From positions 1 to 53,617 of the forward strand of contig JBCDBQ010000001.1 in NCBI GenBank assembly GCA_039183375.1: a DNA stretch of 53,617 nucleotides, in the 5' to 3' direction. Under the pieces are notes generated by a model, which searched no databases, was not told where the DNA came from, and saw nothing but the letters and a program-made list of their open reading frames with translations. The DNA is from Pseudomonadota bacterium. Its GTDB lineage: Bacteria; Pseudomonadota; Alphaproteobacteria; Rhizobiales; Hyphomicrobiaceae. Shown here in pieces: positions 16,292 to 25,951 of this stretch (positions are counted from its first letter, which is position 1; each line of letters begins with the position of its first letter). Made by a program: the position numbers and the translations under genes.

Positions 16292-17332
16292 CAGACTTTT
16301 CACGGTCGGAGATCGCAACCGGTTAAGCGCTAGGCTCTCATGCATTGCTTCAGTCTCTGCACCTAGTAGATTGGTTCTAATCTTGGACCGCGCGTAGAAA
16401 GGCGTGTCCTCAAGCGTTGTGATCGGCACAGCTTTACCGTCGCTACGTGTGCGTCTTCGCATTTGCCAGATTGACGTCGAACTCATTCGGCGAGCGACAG
16501 GCGGATCGAATACGCCTATCTGGCCTGTACCATCCATCCGTAATGCAAGCGCAGCATGTCTGCCGCCGCGACGAACAATATCATAGAGGATGACCGCCTC
16601 GTTACCGACATTCGCGCGCGACCAATGCCAATTCTCGAAACCTTCTTCCAAAGGCTCCGTGCCGTAGTTCTCATCCAAGTAACCACTGCCAGTCCACGAT
16701 ACTGATGGGTTGCTCATAGCAACCGAGATCTCTGTCCGCGGCGCAATAGGTCGCCACAGATGACGTCGGCTGGCATCAAGCGCAAACTCGCGATCGCAAA
16801 TATGATGCGGGTAGACTTCGACACGTCCGCGCACACGTCCAGGGATTGGAAACGAATGCTCGTCAATATCAACTATAAGTCGATCTCTGTCCCAGCGCGC
16901 GCTACTCGGTCCAATCGAGATCCACTGCTTTGACCTTGCCAATTGACCACGTGGACGCTCAGTCATCGCCCATCGATTGCCGCGCACATCAGCTGCGCTG
17001 CGCGGCTTGTAAACAGCGACATTAATGGCGCAGTGGTTCTCTGGCTCGCCTCGTCCACTCATCGCATAGTACGGGGAAAAGACACTCCCGATGAATACGA
17101 TAATTGTGATCCCTAGCTGCCCGTCATGACTGAGGCCGTCGACATACCACCAATGGTAGCCGCCGGCACCAACTGCATTGTCGAACGATAGTCCCGGATC
17201 ACGGAGGCGGCGGCTAAGCGGCCTGACAATGCTGCCATCGGAATTCCCGGGCCTGGATGGACGCTGCCGCCCGCGAGGTAGAGGTTGCTGTGGCCGGATC
17301 TGCTGCTGCGACGACGGAACGACGACCTCCAT
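16259..17332 (-). CDS. crtC: Hydroxyneurosporene synthase (acyclic carotenoid 1,2-hydratase) CrtC
   Basis: CrtC-family motifs are present (FDNAVGAGGYHWWYVDGLSHDGQLGITIIVFIGSVFSPYYA ... WHWSRAN ...). Only ATG 17479 or ATG 17332 are available as starts. No ATG/GTG/TTG lies in frame between 17332 and the conserved motif, so the gene overlaps crtD. Confidence 0.85.
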   Translation of the reverse strand: MEVVVPSSQQQIRPQQPLPRGRQRPSRPGNSDGSIVRPLSRRLRDPGLSFDNAVGAGGYHWWYVDGLSHDGQLGITIIVFIGSVFSPYYAMSGRGEPENHCAINVAVYKPRSAADVRGNRWAMTERPRGQLARSKQWISIGPSSARWDRDRLIVDIDEHSFPIPGRVRGRVEVYPHHICDREFALDASRRHLWRPIAPRTEISVAMSNPSVSWTGSGYLDENYGTEPLEEGFENWHWSRANVGNEAVILYDIVRRGGRHAALALRMDGTGQIGVFDPPVARRMSSTSIWQMRRRTRSDGKAVPITTLEDTPFYARSKIRTNLLGAETEAMHESLALNRLRSPTVKSLLPWRMPRQFW

Positions 17333-18675
17333 CCGTGTGGCGCGAGGCCGTATAGGGCTCCCCCCGTGCCCGGAAACAGATCCGCAAAATCGTTCGGTGT
17401 TGTCCAGACCATCCGCTCCCGAGAAAAACGGAGGTTCAGCCCACAATTCATCATCGTGGCCTTTGCTCTTTGCTCGCATTTCTTGAGCTCCTTCTCGCTG
17501 TAGATGTGGCGGTCACCGTTCGCAGGGGCATTCACAAGTAAGAATAGTCGTTCACTTCCTGGCATCACCGCGGATGCGTCGGCCGGCCTGTCTGGCGCAT
17601 GGATGTAGACCGTCGGCTTTTCAGGCAAGCGGTCACGGCGGAAAACATCATCGAATTCCGACTTGTAGTCGTTGCCAAAGAAGACGGTGTGCGGGGCCAA
17701 GTCGACGCCATCCGCCTCTGCTACACATGAAATGGTGACCGCCGATTGTGAGCGCCGTTCCCGCGGAACTGGCTTGATACTTTGAGAAGCCTTTGCACCT
17801 AGGGCGCCTGCGCCAAGAGCGGATGCGTCGCCGTTAAACACGATGGCGTCGCAGGCTATTTCTTCACCGCTTTCCAACTGTACCGCACATGCACGCCCAT
17901 CGCTCGCAAGAATTCTGGCGACGCGTGAGTGACATCTGATCTGCGCACCAAAACCCGACGCAAGTTCGGCCATCGCGGCGACGAGCTTGATCATGCCGCC
18001 TTCAATCAGCCAAACACCCTGCTGCTCTGCATGCGCTATCAGCATCAGGGTTCCGGGAGAAAGGAAGGGTGAGCCACCGCAATAGGTCGCGTAGCGACCG
18101 AATAGTTGACGCAAGCGTGGATCGCAGAAATGGCGACCAAGTTCCTGCCAAAGCGTGCGGAAGGGATGAATAGCCGTGAGGCCAGCAGGATTGTCTAACG
18201 CAATCCGCATTACCAGCTGTAAAACATTAGGCCTGCTGCCGCGCATGAATGTATGATCGAGCGTTTCGAATGTGCGGCGGGCAACCTGGCCGAATTCGCG
18301 GTATCTTCTACCCTCTGACGGGCTGCTGAACTCACTGATCGCCGCGATAGTTTGTTCTTCATCAGCAAACAGATCCAACTCGGCTCCACCAGCCCATCGA
18401 TGGCGGGCCAGAACACTGAGTGGTCGCAGAGAAACACGATCTTCTAGCGATGCCCCACAGTGATCAAACAGCTCGTCGAACACTTGACGCATCGTAAAAA
18501 CGGTTGGACCTGAATCAATTGCGAGACCTGAACCTACGGGCAATTGACGGACCTTGCCGCCAACTGTCGGCTGCGCCTCGAGCACGCAAACATCGAAGCC
18601 CTCACACGCCAGTTCCATTGCCGCAGCAAGGCCGCCTACTCCAGCACCAACAACAATGACCCGTGGTGAACGCAT
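17113..18675 (-). CDS. crtD: Phytoene-desaturase-family enzyme, hydroxyneurosporene/methoxyneurosporene desaturase CrtD
   Basis: N-terminal FAD fold (RVIVVGAGVGGLAAAMELACEGFDVCVLEAQPTVGGK) and CrtI-family C-terminus (NLYLAGGSVHPGPGIPMAALSGRLAA). It is called CrtD rather than CrtI from the crtD-crtC / crtF context. Confidence 0.85.
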   Translation of the reverse strand: MRSPRVIVVGAGVGGLAAAMELACEGFDVCVLEAQPTVGGKVRQLPVGSGLAIDSGPTVFTMRQVFDELFDHCGASLEDRVSLRPLSVLARHRWAGGAELDLFADEEQTIAAISEFSSPSEGRRYREFGQVARRTFETLDHTFMRGSRPNVLQLVMRIALDNPAGLTAIHPFRTLWQELGRHFCDPRLRQLFGRYATYCGGSPFLSPGTLMLIAHAEQQGVWLIEGGMIKLVAAMAELASGFGAQIRCHSRVARILASDGRACAVQLESGEEIACDAIVFNGDASALGAGALGAKASQSIKPVPRERRSQSAVTISCVAEADGVDLAPHTVFFGNDYKSEFDDVFRRDRLPEKPTVYIHAPDRPADASAVMPGSERLFLLVNAPANGDRHIYSEKELKKCEQRAKATMMNCGLNLRFSRERMVWTTPNDFADLFPGTGGALYGLAPHGWRSSFRRRSSRSGHSNLYLAGGSVHPGPGIPMAALSGRLAAASVIRDYRSTMQLVPAATIGGMSTASVMTGS

Positions 18676-18755
18676 GCTAGCGTGACCTTAAATGAGCCAT
18701 GCCCGCCCTGACAGGCAAGGCCATCAATTCGAACTACATTATGGACAATCATAAC

Positions 18756-18773
18756 TGTAAATTTATATTGACA
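18756..18773. promoter_or_regulatory. PpsR/CrtJ operator (TGT-N12-ACA) in the crtD/crtF divergent region
   Basis: TGTAAATTTATATTGACA matches the consensus exactly. It lies 81 nt from the crtD start and 89 nt from the crtF start. Confidence 0.75.
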
Positions 18774-18861
18774 CAATCTGATATTCGACTTGCCATCCAG
18801 GCGCCGCGCCTCAGGCCGTGGAAAATCAGTATCATGTACCGTGGTTGCAAAGGACATTCGA

Positions 18862-19983
18862 ATGTTGGGAGCGCTGCAAGAATATCTCTGGCGCCAGCGG
18901 GATGCATTGCTGGCCAATCCTGACGCCCAAGACTGGAGCGTCAATCTCCCGATTGTCAGGTCGATCGCCAACAATCGCGCGCGCGATCTATTTTCCTTAT
19001 GTACCGGCTTCATTCACACCCAGATCGTAACCGCATGCGTGGAACTGGATGTGCTCGAAGCTTTAGCTTCCGGGCCGATCTCGGCAGAGGATGTGGCAGC
19101 CAAGATAAACTTAGAAGCCGCAAGCGCTGAACGCCTCCTTGACGCCGCGGTCGCCCTGCGCCTCGTTCGCAGATCACGGAGCGGCCACTATCGACTAGAT
19201 GAGCTTGGAGCAGCTCTGCGTGGTGCGCCTGGCGTTATGGAGATGATCAGGCACAACCAAACCTTCTATCGCGACGCGCGAGACCCGGTGGCGATTCTCA
19301 AGCGTGCGCAACGAACAACAGAGCTTGCCGAATACTGGCCCTACGCCGAGGGCGACGAGAAGGTTAAGGCCCTTCAAGATTCTGATACTAATCGCTATTC
19401 CAAGCTGATGGCTGCAACCCAACCGCAGATTTCAAGCGATGTTATTGCCGCCTACTCGTTCCGCAAGCACTCAAGCCTGCTCGACATCGGTGGCGGCAAC
19501 GGCGCGTTTGTCACCGCGGTAGCAACAAGTGCGCCGAAACTCAGAGTGAGCGTCCTCGATCTACCACCTGTTGCTGAGCAGGCCAGGCTTCACTTCAAGC
19601 AAATGGGTCTGGAAAATCGCGCATCTGCGATTGGCGGAGATTTCCACCGCGACCCTCTGCCGAATTCTGCCGATATCATAAGTCTGGTGCGCATACTTCT
19701 TGACCACGATGATGACAAGGTTCGACATCTCCTGGCCGCCGTGCACAAAGCACTTCCGCCGGGCGGGCGCATCCTGATTGCCGAACCAATGTCGCGTGCG
19801 CCAGGCGCCGAACTACTCAGCGATGCTTATTTTGGACTGTACCTGATGGCCATGGGGCGCGGACGCACGCGCACAGCCGACCATATTCGCGAGCTACTGG
19901 GTAATTCTGGATTCACTAATCAAAAGCTTCTACGAACTAGGCGCCCACTCATGACGCAAGTCATAATCGCTAACAAGGATTGA
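18862..19983 (+). CDS. crtF: Demethylspheroidene / hydroxyneurosporene O-methyltransferase CrtF
   Basis: SAM-dependent O-MTase fold (LLDIGGGNGAFVTAVA..VSVLDLPPV...GDFHRDPLP.ADIISLVRILLDHDD) with an N-terminal dimerisation domain. ATG 18862 (MLGALQEYLWRQRDALLANP) fits the family N-terminus. The track ORF starts at TTG 18790. Confidence 0.88.
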   Translation: MLGALQEYLWRQRDALLANPDAQDWSVNLPIVRSIANNRARDLFSLCTGFIHTQIVTACVELDVLEALASGPISAEDVAAKINLEAASAERLLDAAVALRLVRRSRSGHYRLDELGAALRGAPGVMEMIRHNQTFYRDARDPVAILKRAQRTTELAEYWPYAEGDEKVKALQDSDTNRYSKLMAATQPQISSDVIAAYSFRKHSSLLDIGGGNGAFVTAVATSAPKLRVSVLDLPPVAEQARLHFKQMGLENRASAIGGDFHRDPLPNSADIISLVRILLDHDDDKVRHLLAAVHKALPPGGRILIAEPMSRAPGAELLSDAYFGLYLMAMGRGRTRTADHIRELLGNSGFTNQKLLRTRRPLMTQVIIANKD

Positions 19984-19991
19984 CACCTATG

Positions 19992-20009
19992 TGTAATTAT
20001 TAATTGACA
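19992..20009. promoter_or_regulatory. PpsR/CrtJ operator 1 upstream of bchC
   Basis: TGTAATTATTAATTGACA is an exact TGT-N12-ACA. Confidence 0.75.
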
Positions 20010-20017
20010 CTACAAGG

Positions 20018-20035
20018 TGTCTGATTGATGATACA
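20018..20035. promoter_or_regulatory. PpsR/CrtJ operator 2 upstream of bchC (8 bp from operator 1)
   Basis: TGTCTGATTGATGATACA is an exact TGT-N12-ACA. The tandem arrangement with an 8-bp spacer matches the classical bchC promoter architecture. Confidence 0.75.
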
Positions 20036-20077
20036 CTTGCGCGACCACGTTTCTATAGCGCGGATGGGGCAAGGCGA

Positions 20078-21019
20078 ATGGACACGACAGCGGTGATATT
20101 TGAACAAGGCAGCCAGCTGACGCTTGATTCACTCACGCTGAATGACCCGGGCCGCAGCGATGTTGTCGTTGATACACTCTGGAGCGGAGTGAGTGCAGGA
20201 ACGGAACGTCTTCTCTGGACAGGCGAAATGCCTTGGTTTCCTGGTCTCAGTTATCCTCTTGTGCCGGGCTATGAGGCGGTTGGGGAGGTTGTAGAGGCGG
20301 GACCAGAGTCGGATCGCAAAATCGGCGATCGCGTGTTCGTCCCAGGAGCAACTTGCTACCGTGATGCATGCGGCCTTTTCGGTGCGGCAGCTTCGCGCGT
20401 CGTCGTATCAGGACATCGCACTGTTCCCGTTAATGAGGCTCTTAAAGAGCAAGCCATCCTTCTATCGCTCGCCGCTACGGCACATCATGCCTTGGCTGAC
20501 TCTCAAGACGTTGGCCCGTTACTAATTGTCGGGCACGGCACCTTGGGACGACTGATTGCAAGAATAGCGATCGCTACGGGCCGCCAACTGCCTACTGTTT
20601 GGGAGAATCAGATCGAGAGAACGGGAGGGGCTGTAGGTTATCAGGTCGAAAACGGCGAGGCGGATGCGGAAACACGATTTGCTACGATAATAGACGCAAG
20701 TGGCGATCCTGACATCCTTGACCTTCTGATAAGCCGTTTGGATCACGGTGGTGAAGTGGTGATGGCCGGCTTCTACTCCAAGCCGCTCTCATTCGCATTC
20801 CCCCCGGCATTTATGCGAGAGGCAAGATTGCGCGTGGCGGCAGAATGGCAGCCCGAGGACTTGCAGACGGTCAAGCTGCTCATCGAAGAGGGACACCTCG
20901 ACCTCAACGGACTCATCTCGCACCGATCACAATTCGAGAAGGCAGAAGAAGCTTACCGCATCGCTTTCTCAGAACCCGCATGCAGTAAAATGGTTCTCGA
21001 TTGGAGACAAAGCGTATGA
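20078..21019 (+). CDS. bchC: Bacteriochlorophyllide a dehydrogenase (3-hydroxyethyl bacteriochlorophyllide a dehydrogenase) BchC
   Basis: 313-aa MDR/zinc-ADH-like protein (VVDTLWSGVSAGTERLLWTGEMPWFPGLSYPLVPGYEAVGEV) directly upstream of bchXYZ. Confidence 0.92.
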   Translation: MDTTAVIFEQGSQLTLDSLTLNDPGRSDVVVDTLWSGVSAGTERLLWTGEMPWFPGLSYPLVPGYEAVGEVVEAGPESDRKIGDRVFVPGATCYRDACGLFGAAASRVVVSGHRTVPVNEALKEQAILLSLAATAHHALADSQDVGPLLIVGHGTLGRLIARIAIATGRQLPTVWENQIERTGGAVGYQVENGEADAETRFATIIDASGDPDILDLLISRLDHGGEVVMAGFYSKPLSFAFPPAFMREARLRVAAEWQPEDLQTVKLLIEEGHLDLNGLISHRSQFEKAEEAYRIAFSEPACSKMVLDWRQSV

Positions 21020-22029
21020 CAGCTCCTGACGGCGCAACAATGGACGCCATCCGCACCGTAGATGACTTCTTACGACAAGAGGCAGCTGAAGAACCTAGTC
21101 CCGTTGTGACGGAGCCACCTACCAAGACAACCGAGATCATTGCGATTTACGGGAAGGGCGGCATCGGCAAAAGCTTCACTTTGTCAAACTTGTCTTACAT
21201 GATGGCGCAGCAGGGCAAGAAGACACTGCTCATCGGCTGTGATCCTAAAAGCGATACAACTTCATTGCTGTTCGGTGGCCGCGCTTGTCCGACCATTATC
21301 GAAACATCGTCACAAAAGAAACTCGCCGGCGACGACGTCACAATCGGTGACGTCTGCTTCAAGCGAGACGGTGTTTTCGCGATGGAACTTGGTGGTCCAG
21401 AAGTTGGCCGCGGCTGCGGCGGACGAGGGATTATTCACGGCTTCGAGATCCTCGAAAAACTAGGTTTTCACGATTGGGATTTCGACTATGTCCTGCTGGA
21501 TTTCTTAGGTGACGTTGTATGCGGCGGCTTCGGACTGCCTATTGCTCGAGACATGTGCCAGAAGGTTATTGTCGTCGGCTCAAACGATTTACAATCTCTT
21601 TACGTGGCCAACAACGTCTGCTCGGCGGTGCAGTATTTCCGCAAATTAGGCGGCAATGTTGGTGTCGCCGGCATGGTCATTAACAAGGATGACGGTACGG
21701 GCGAGGCGCACGCATTTGCGGAAGCCGTTGGCATCCCGGTTCTCGCTGCAATTCCGGCAAATGACGACATTCGTCGCAAGAGCGCGAACTACGAGATTGT
21801 CGCCAGACCCGAGGAAACCTGGGGTGATCTTTTTGCAGAGTTATCCGCCAACGTATCCGCCGCGCCGCCTGTCCATCCAACTCCCCTCGATCAAGATGGT
21901 CTATTAGGCCTTTTCGACTCTAAGACCGTCGGTGGTGATTTCAAGCTGGAACCGGCGACGATCGAAGACATGTGTGCGCCAGAGCGTCTCCAAAAACCAT
22001 CACTCGAAGTGATTTACGATACGGTTTAG
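21016..22029 (+). CDS. bchX: Chlorophyllide a reductase iron protein subunit BchX
   Basis: NifH/BchL-like ([42 protein letters not shown]; CGGFG). ATG 21016 overlaps the bchC stop (ATGA). Confidence 0.95.
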   Translation: MTAPDGATMDAIRTVDDFLRQEAAEEPSPVVTEPPTKTTEIIAIYGKGGIGKSFTLSNLSYMMAQQGKKTLLIGCDPKSDTTSLLFGGRACPTIIETSSQKKLAGDDVTIGDVCFKRDGVFAMELGGPEVGRGCGGRGIIHGFEILEKLGFHDWDFDYVLLDFLGDVVCGGFGLPIARDMCQKVIVVGSNDLQSLYVANNVCSAVQYFRKLGGNVGVAGMVINKDDGTGEAHAFAEAVGIPVLAAIPANDDIRRKSANYEIVARPEETWGDLFAELSANVSAAPPVHPTPLDQDGLLGLFDSKTVGGDFKLEPATIEDMCAPERLQKPSLEVIYDTV

Positions 22030-22033
22030 CGTC

Positions 22034-23596
22034 ATGGCATCACAATATGACATGGACGAAAGAGAGGCCGCCAACGTCACGCTGGCCGAAGAAAGCGCGT
22101 GCGCGAATAAGGCCAGCGACGAGAGCGTCGGTTGTCATGCTGGCGCTGCTCAACTGCAAGCGGCGGCGCGGTCGGCGGGTAACAGTGAATTGCTGGAACA
22201 GTTCGCCAAGGACTACCCTGTCGGTCCGCACGATAAACCGCAAAGTATGTGTCCTGCATTCGGCTCGTTACGTGTTGGCCTTAGAATGCGCAGGACGGCA
22301 TCGGTTCTATGCGGCTCCGCCTGCTGCGTTTACGGCTTAACCTTTACCTCGCACTTCTACGGTGCGAGACGCACGGTCGGTTATGTCCCGTTCAATTCGG
22401 AGACACTGGTTACCGGCAAGCTGTTTGAAGATCTGCGGGATGCGGTTCATGAGCTTGCTGATCCCGAGCATTACGACGCCATCGTCGTCACCAACCTCTG
22501 TGTTCCCACAGCGTCAGGTGTGCCGCTACAGCTTCTGCCAAAAGAGATCAATGGTGTCCGAGTCGTTGGTATCGATGTGCCAGGATTTGGTGTGCCAACC
22601 CATGCCGAAGCCAAGGACGTACTGGCTGGCGCAATGCTCAACTATGCGCGTCAGGAAGCCGAAGCTGGGCCGGTGCTCAGTCCATTGGGTCGGCAAGAGC
22701 GCAAGCGCCCGACAATTACTCTGCTCGGCGAGATCTTTCCTGCTGATCCGGTAGCAATCGGCCAACTCCTCGATCCATTGGATCTCGACGTCGGACCCGT
22801 CGTTCCAACGCGGGAATGGCGTGAGCTCTACGCCGCTTTGGATTGCGCAGCTGTAGCTGCCGTACATCCGTTCTACACAAGCGCAGTTCGCGAGTTCGAG
22901 GCGGCCGGTCGGCCAATCCTTGGATCCGCTCCGGTCGGACTTGATGGTACCGCCGCATGGCTTGAGCGGGTTGCGGAAACCGTGGGTGCACCGGCATCAA
23001 AGGTTGCCACAGCCAAGCAGGGAGTGCTGCCAGCCATCCAAGCCGCACTTGAGGCAAACCCCATTAAAGCTCGCGTGACGATATCCGGTTACGAAGGCTC
23101 GGAACTCATCGTTGCGAGACTTCTGACTGAGGCTGGTGCTGACGTGCGTTACGTCGGAACGGCCTGCGCGCAGACCGTTTGGTCCTCTCACGATCGAGAA
23201 TGGCTGGAGGCCCGTGGTACGCACGTCCAGTACCGTGCATCACTTGAACAAGACACGGCGGCAATGGAGGCCTTCGAGCCCGATATTGCGATCGGCACGA
23301 CGCCTGTTGTTCAGAAAGCAAAACAGCTCGCAATCCCGTCGCTGTACTTTACGAACCTCATATCAGCCCGGCCGTTGTTTGGAATACCCGGTGCAGCTTC
23401 CCTCGCCCACGTTATCAACGGGGCCATGGGATCCAAGAGCCGCTTCCTGCGGATGAAGGAGTTTTTCGGCGACGTTGGCCAACAGGACAATGCTGGCATT
23501 TGGGAGGGTGCACCCAAGGTGCAGCCGCAACGTCGTAAAAAGACGATCATTTCATCCGGCGGAGCGACTGTTGATGGAGGCCCTGTGGGATGCTGA
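22034..23596 (+). CDS. bchY: Chlorophyllide a reductase subunit BchY
   Basis: 520-aa NifD/BchN-like protein ([32 protein letters not shown]) positioned between bchX and bchZ. Confidence 0.93.
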   Translation: MASQYDMDEREAANVTLAEESACANKASDESVGCHAGAAQLQAAARSAGNSELLEQFAKDYPVGPHDKPQSMCPAFGSLRVGLRMRRTASVLCGSACCVYGLTFTSHFYGARRTVGYVPFNSETLVTGKLFEDLRDAVHELADPEHYDAIVVTNLCVPTASGVPLQLLPKEINGVRVVGIDVPGFGVPTHAEAKDVLAGAMLNYARQEAEAGPVLSPLGRQERKRPTITLLGEIFPADPVAIGQLLDPLDLDVGPVVPTREWRELYAALDCAAVAAVHPFYTSAVREFEAAGRPILGSAPVGLDGTAAWLERVAETVGAPASKVATAKQGVLPAIQAALEANPIKARVTISGYEGSELIVARLLTEAGADVRYVGTACAQTVWSSHDREWLEARGTHVQYRASLEQDTAAMEAFEPDIAIGTTPVVQKAKQLAIPSLYFTNLISARPLFGIPGAASLAHVINGAMGSKSRFLRMKEFFGDVGQQDNAGIWEGAPKVQPQRRKKTIISSGGATVDGGPVGC

Positions 23597-25044
23597 TCCT
23601 CGACCTCGATCGAGCCGGTGGTTACTGGGGCTCTGTTTACGCTTTTACGGCGATCAAGGGCCTGCAGGTCATCATTGACGGTCCGGTCGGTTGCGAGAAT
23701 CTACCAGTAACATCGGTACTTCACTACACCGATGGTCTGCCGCCCCACGAGCTGCCAATCGTCGTGACCGGCTTGGCGGAGGATGAGCTTGGCCAGCATG
23801 GCACAGAGGGTGCTTTACGGCAGGCGCACAGTACGCTTGATCCAGACACGCCAGCTGTTGTTGTTACCGGCAGTATCGCGGAGATGATCGGTGGCGGGGT
23901 CACACCGGAAGGAACGAACATTCGGAGGTTCCTGCCGCGAACCATTGATGAAGATCAGTGGCAGAGCGCCGATCGTGCTCTCAAGTGGCTCTGGACCGAG
24001 TTCGGTATGAAAGGCTCGAAACGGCCCAAGCCACGCAAGAAAAAAGAGGGCGATAAGCCAAAAGTCAACATCATCGGACCCATGTACGGCGTATTCAACA
24101 TGCCGTCAGATCTCGCGGAAATGCGCCGACTGATTGAAGGCGTCGGCGCCGAGGTCAATATGGTCTTCCCGCTCGCCAGCCACATCTCTGATGTCGCGCG
24201 CTTGGTAGACGCTGACGTTAATGTCTGCATGTACCGGGAGTTTGGCCGTCAACTCTGTGAAGCAATGGAGCTACCGTACCTACAGGCGCCAATAGGATTG
24301 GAGTCGACGTCATTGTTCCTGCGTAAACTCGGCGAACTAACGGGACTTGATCCCGAGTCGTTTATTGCCCGTGAAAAGCACACGACCATCAAACCAATCT
24401 GGGATCTTTGGCGATCAGTCACGCAAGACTTCTTCGCTACGGCAAGCTTCGCAATTGTTGCCAATGAAACGTATGTTCGCGGCATCAGAAATTATCTCGA
24501 GAACGATCTCGGTTTCGGTTGTACATTTTCGGTCTGCCGTGTCGCCGGCGGCAAAACCGATAACGGTGCGATCCGCGATAACGTGCATAGCAAGACGCCG
24601 CTCGTCATGTTCGGCAGCTACAATGAGCGGATGTATTTGGCCGAGATTGGCTCGAAGGCAGTCTACATACCCGCCTCGTTTCCAGGCACCGCCATTCGTC
24701 GGCACACAGGCACGCCATTCATGGGATATGCGGGAGCGACTTACTTGTTGCAGGAGTTCTGCAATTCGCTCTTCGACGCTCTGTTCGAGATTCTGCCGAT
24801 CGGCTCGGAACTTGATAAAACACCCTCGACCCTTTCACGGATACGCAGTGAAATTCGCTGGGAAGGTGACGCCCAAGCCGCGCTTGAAAATGCGGTCAGT
24901 AAGTTCCCAATTCTCACACGAATATCAGCCACAAAAAAACTAAGAGATGACATTGAGCAATACGCACGAGAATTTGAATCCAGTGCGGTGACACTCGAGA
25001 TATTCGACAAGGCATGTCAGGCCAACAGGGAGGTTATTAAATGA
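23590..25044 (+). CDS. bchZ: Chlorophyllide a reductase subunit BchZ
   Basis: 484 aa ([38 protein letters not shown]). It overlaps bchY by 7 nt. Confidence 0.93.
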   Translation: MLILDLDRAGGYWGSVYAFTAIKGLQVIIDGPVGCENLPVTSVLHYTDGLPPHELPIVVTGLAEDELGQHGTEGALRQAHSTLDPDTPAVVVTGSIAEMIGGGVTPEGTNIRRFLPRTIDEDQWQSADRALKWLWTEFGMKGSKRPKPRKKKEGDKPKVNIIGPMYGVFNMPSDLAEMRRLIEGVGAEVNMVFPLASHISDVARLVDADVNVCMYREFGRQLCEAMELPYLQAPIGLESTSLFLRKLGELTGLDPESFIAREKHTTIKPIWDLWRSVTQDFFATASFAIVANETYVRGIRNYLENDLGFGCTFSVCRVAGGKTDNGAIRDNVHSKTPLVMFGSYNERMYLAEIGSKAVYIPASFPGTAIRRHTGTPFMGYAGATYLLQEFCNSLFDALFEILPIGSELDKTPSTLSRIRSEIRWEGDAQAALENAVSKFPILTRISATKKLRDDIEQYAREFESSAVTLEIFDKACQANREVIK

Positions 25045-25316
25045 TGAGCATCACACAGATACATCAGAGAATTGAACCGCTTTCGAAGGTAAGATTTGAG
25101 CAGCGCATCTCGTCTAAGAAAAACTCAAGTGAAAAACGCGAGTATCAGCTCATGTTTGGGTTTATGTTCATTTATTTTGTTTTGCTCGGCTTGTTGACGG
25201 TTTTACTACCCAACAAGATGCGACCATTCAATGGAAGCGCCACAAATAGATTTTCAATTCTGAGTAATGCGCGCCGCGCGGCTCATGAGATCACTCCCTT
25301 CATGTTCATGCGCTGA
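25041..25316 (+). CDS. pufQ: PufQ-like protein
   Basis: It sits between bchZ and pufB, and its ATG overlaps the bchZ stop. There is a single TM helix ([18 protein letters not shown]). The C-terminal motif [14 protein letters not shown] resembles the Rhodobacter PufQ C-terminus (..EAGEITPEIFRP), recalled from memory. Confidence 0.7.
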   Translation: MMSITQIHQRIEPLSKVRFEQRISSKKNSSEKREYQLMFGFMFIYFVLLGLLTVLLPNKMRPFNGSATNRFSILSNARRAAHEITPFMFMR

Positions 25317-25352
25317 GCCGCGTCGCGAATGTTCTTTTGAAGGAATAAAGAT

Positions 25353-25377
25353 ATGTCGGAAAACTGCTAGCCGACAT
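25353..25377 (+). promoter_or_regulatory. Hairpin in the pufQ-pufB intercistronic region
   Basis: ATGTCGG-N11-CCGACAT forms a 7-bp stem 63 nt upstream of pufB. It may be a 5' mRNA-stability or processing element. Confidence 0.35.
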
Positions 25378-25439
25378 GTGCCCAGCGCGAGGGCGGGTCG
25401 CGTAACCAGGTCAAAATTCCAGAAACTAGGAGATGTCCT

Positions 25440-25601
25440 ATGGATGTACAGGACCACCCACTCTACGGGGCTTCAGGACTGACGGATGAGCAGGCGAAAG
25501 AGGTACATGGCTACTTCATGACGTTGACGATTGTGTACGTCGCTATCGCTTTGGTCGCTCATTACCTGATGTGGATCTGGCGCCCCTGGCTCGGTGGTTA
25601 G
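25440..25601 (+). CDS. pufB: Light-harvesting 1 (B870) beta polypeptide PufB
   Basis: 53-aa ORF, below the track cutoff: MDVQDHPLYGASGLTDEQAKEVHGYFMTLTIVYVAIALVAHYLMWIWRPWLGG. It has the LH-beta signature (SGLT.E.AKE.H, the His in ..AH.L.W.WRPW). AGGAG lies 7 nt upstream. Confidence 0.92.
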   Translation: MDVQDHPLYGASGLTDEQAKEVHGYFMTLTIVYVAIALVAHYLMWIWRPWLGG

Positions 25602-25664
25602 ACATCGGCGTCTTTGAGACACCGAGGCTGACCCACGATATGTGGCTCGGGAAAGGAAAACTAA

Positions 25665-25850
25665 ATGTTTCGCATTTGGCAAATGATCCACCCAATGCGA
25701 GCTCTAACGCTACTCTATATCTTCTTGGCGTTACTCGCATTTACGATCCACTTCATCCTTTTGAGCACTGAGCGCTACAATTGGTTGAAGGACTCTGCGG
25801 CGGTCAAATCTTCGCAGATAACAATCGAAAGAGTCATCGACTACGGTTGA
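25665..25850 (+). CDS. pufA: Light-harvesting 1 (B870) alpha polypeptide PufA
   Basis: 61 aa: MFRIWQMIHPMRALTLLYIFLALLAFTIHFILLSTERYNWL.., with the LH-alpha signature (IW...P.R, the His in ..IH.ILLST..NWL). Confidence 0.92.
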   Translation: MFRIWQMIHPMRALTLLYIFLALLAFTIHFILLSTERYNWLKDSAAVKSSQITIERVIDYG

Positions 25851-25860
25851 CGGCTGCAGC

Positions 25861-25900
25861 GGGTAACGGTTTGAAGTCTTCGATATTCTCACCGTTACCC
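25861..25900 (+). promoter_or_regulatory. pufA-pufL intercistronic stem-loop (mRNA-stabilising / partial terminator type)
   Basis: GGGTAACGGT-N20-ACCGTTACCC is a perfect 10-bp stem starting 10 nt after the pufA stop. The position is the same as the hairpins that protect the pufBA segment in Rhodobacter. Confidence 0.6.
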
Positions 25901-25951
25901 TCTCAAAAAAAGAACCTACGCAGCAAGGGCGCCCTACCGGAGGAATGAGTA

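Noticed and set aside
16259-17479. The full 406-aa track ORF as the CrtC protein
   Set aside because: The first ~95 residues are Arg/Pro/Gly-rich low-complexity sequence lying entirely inside crtD. The family-like sequence starts near residue 95. The start was set at ATG 17332 and flagged as uncertain.
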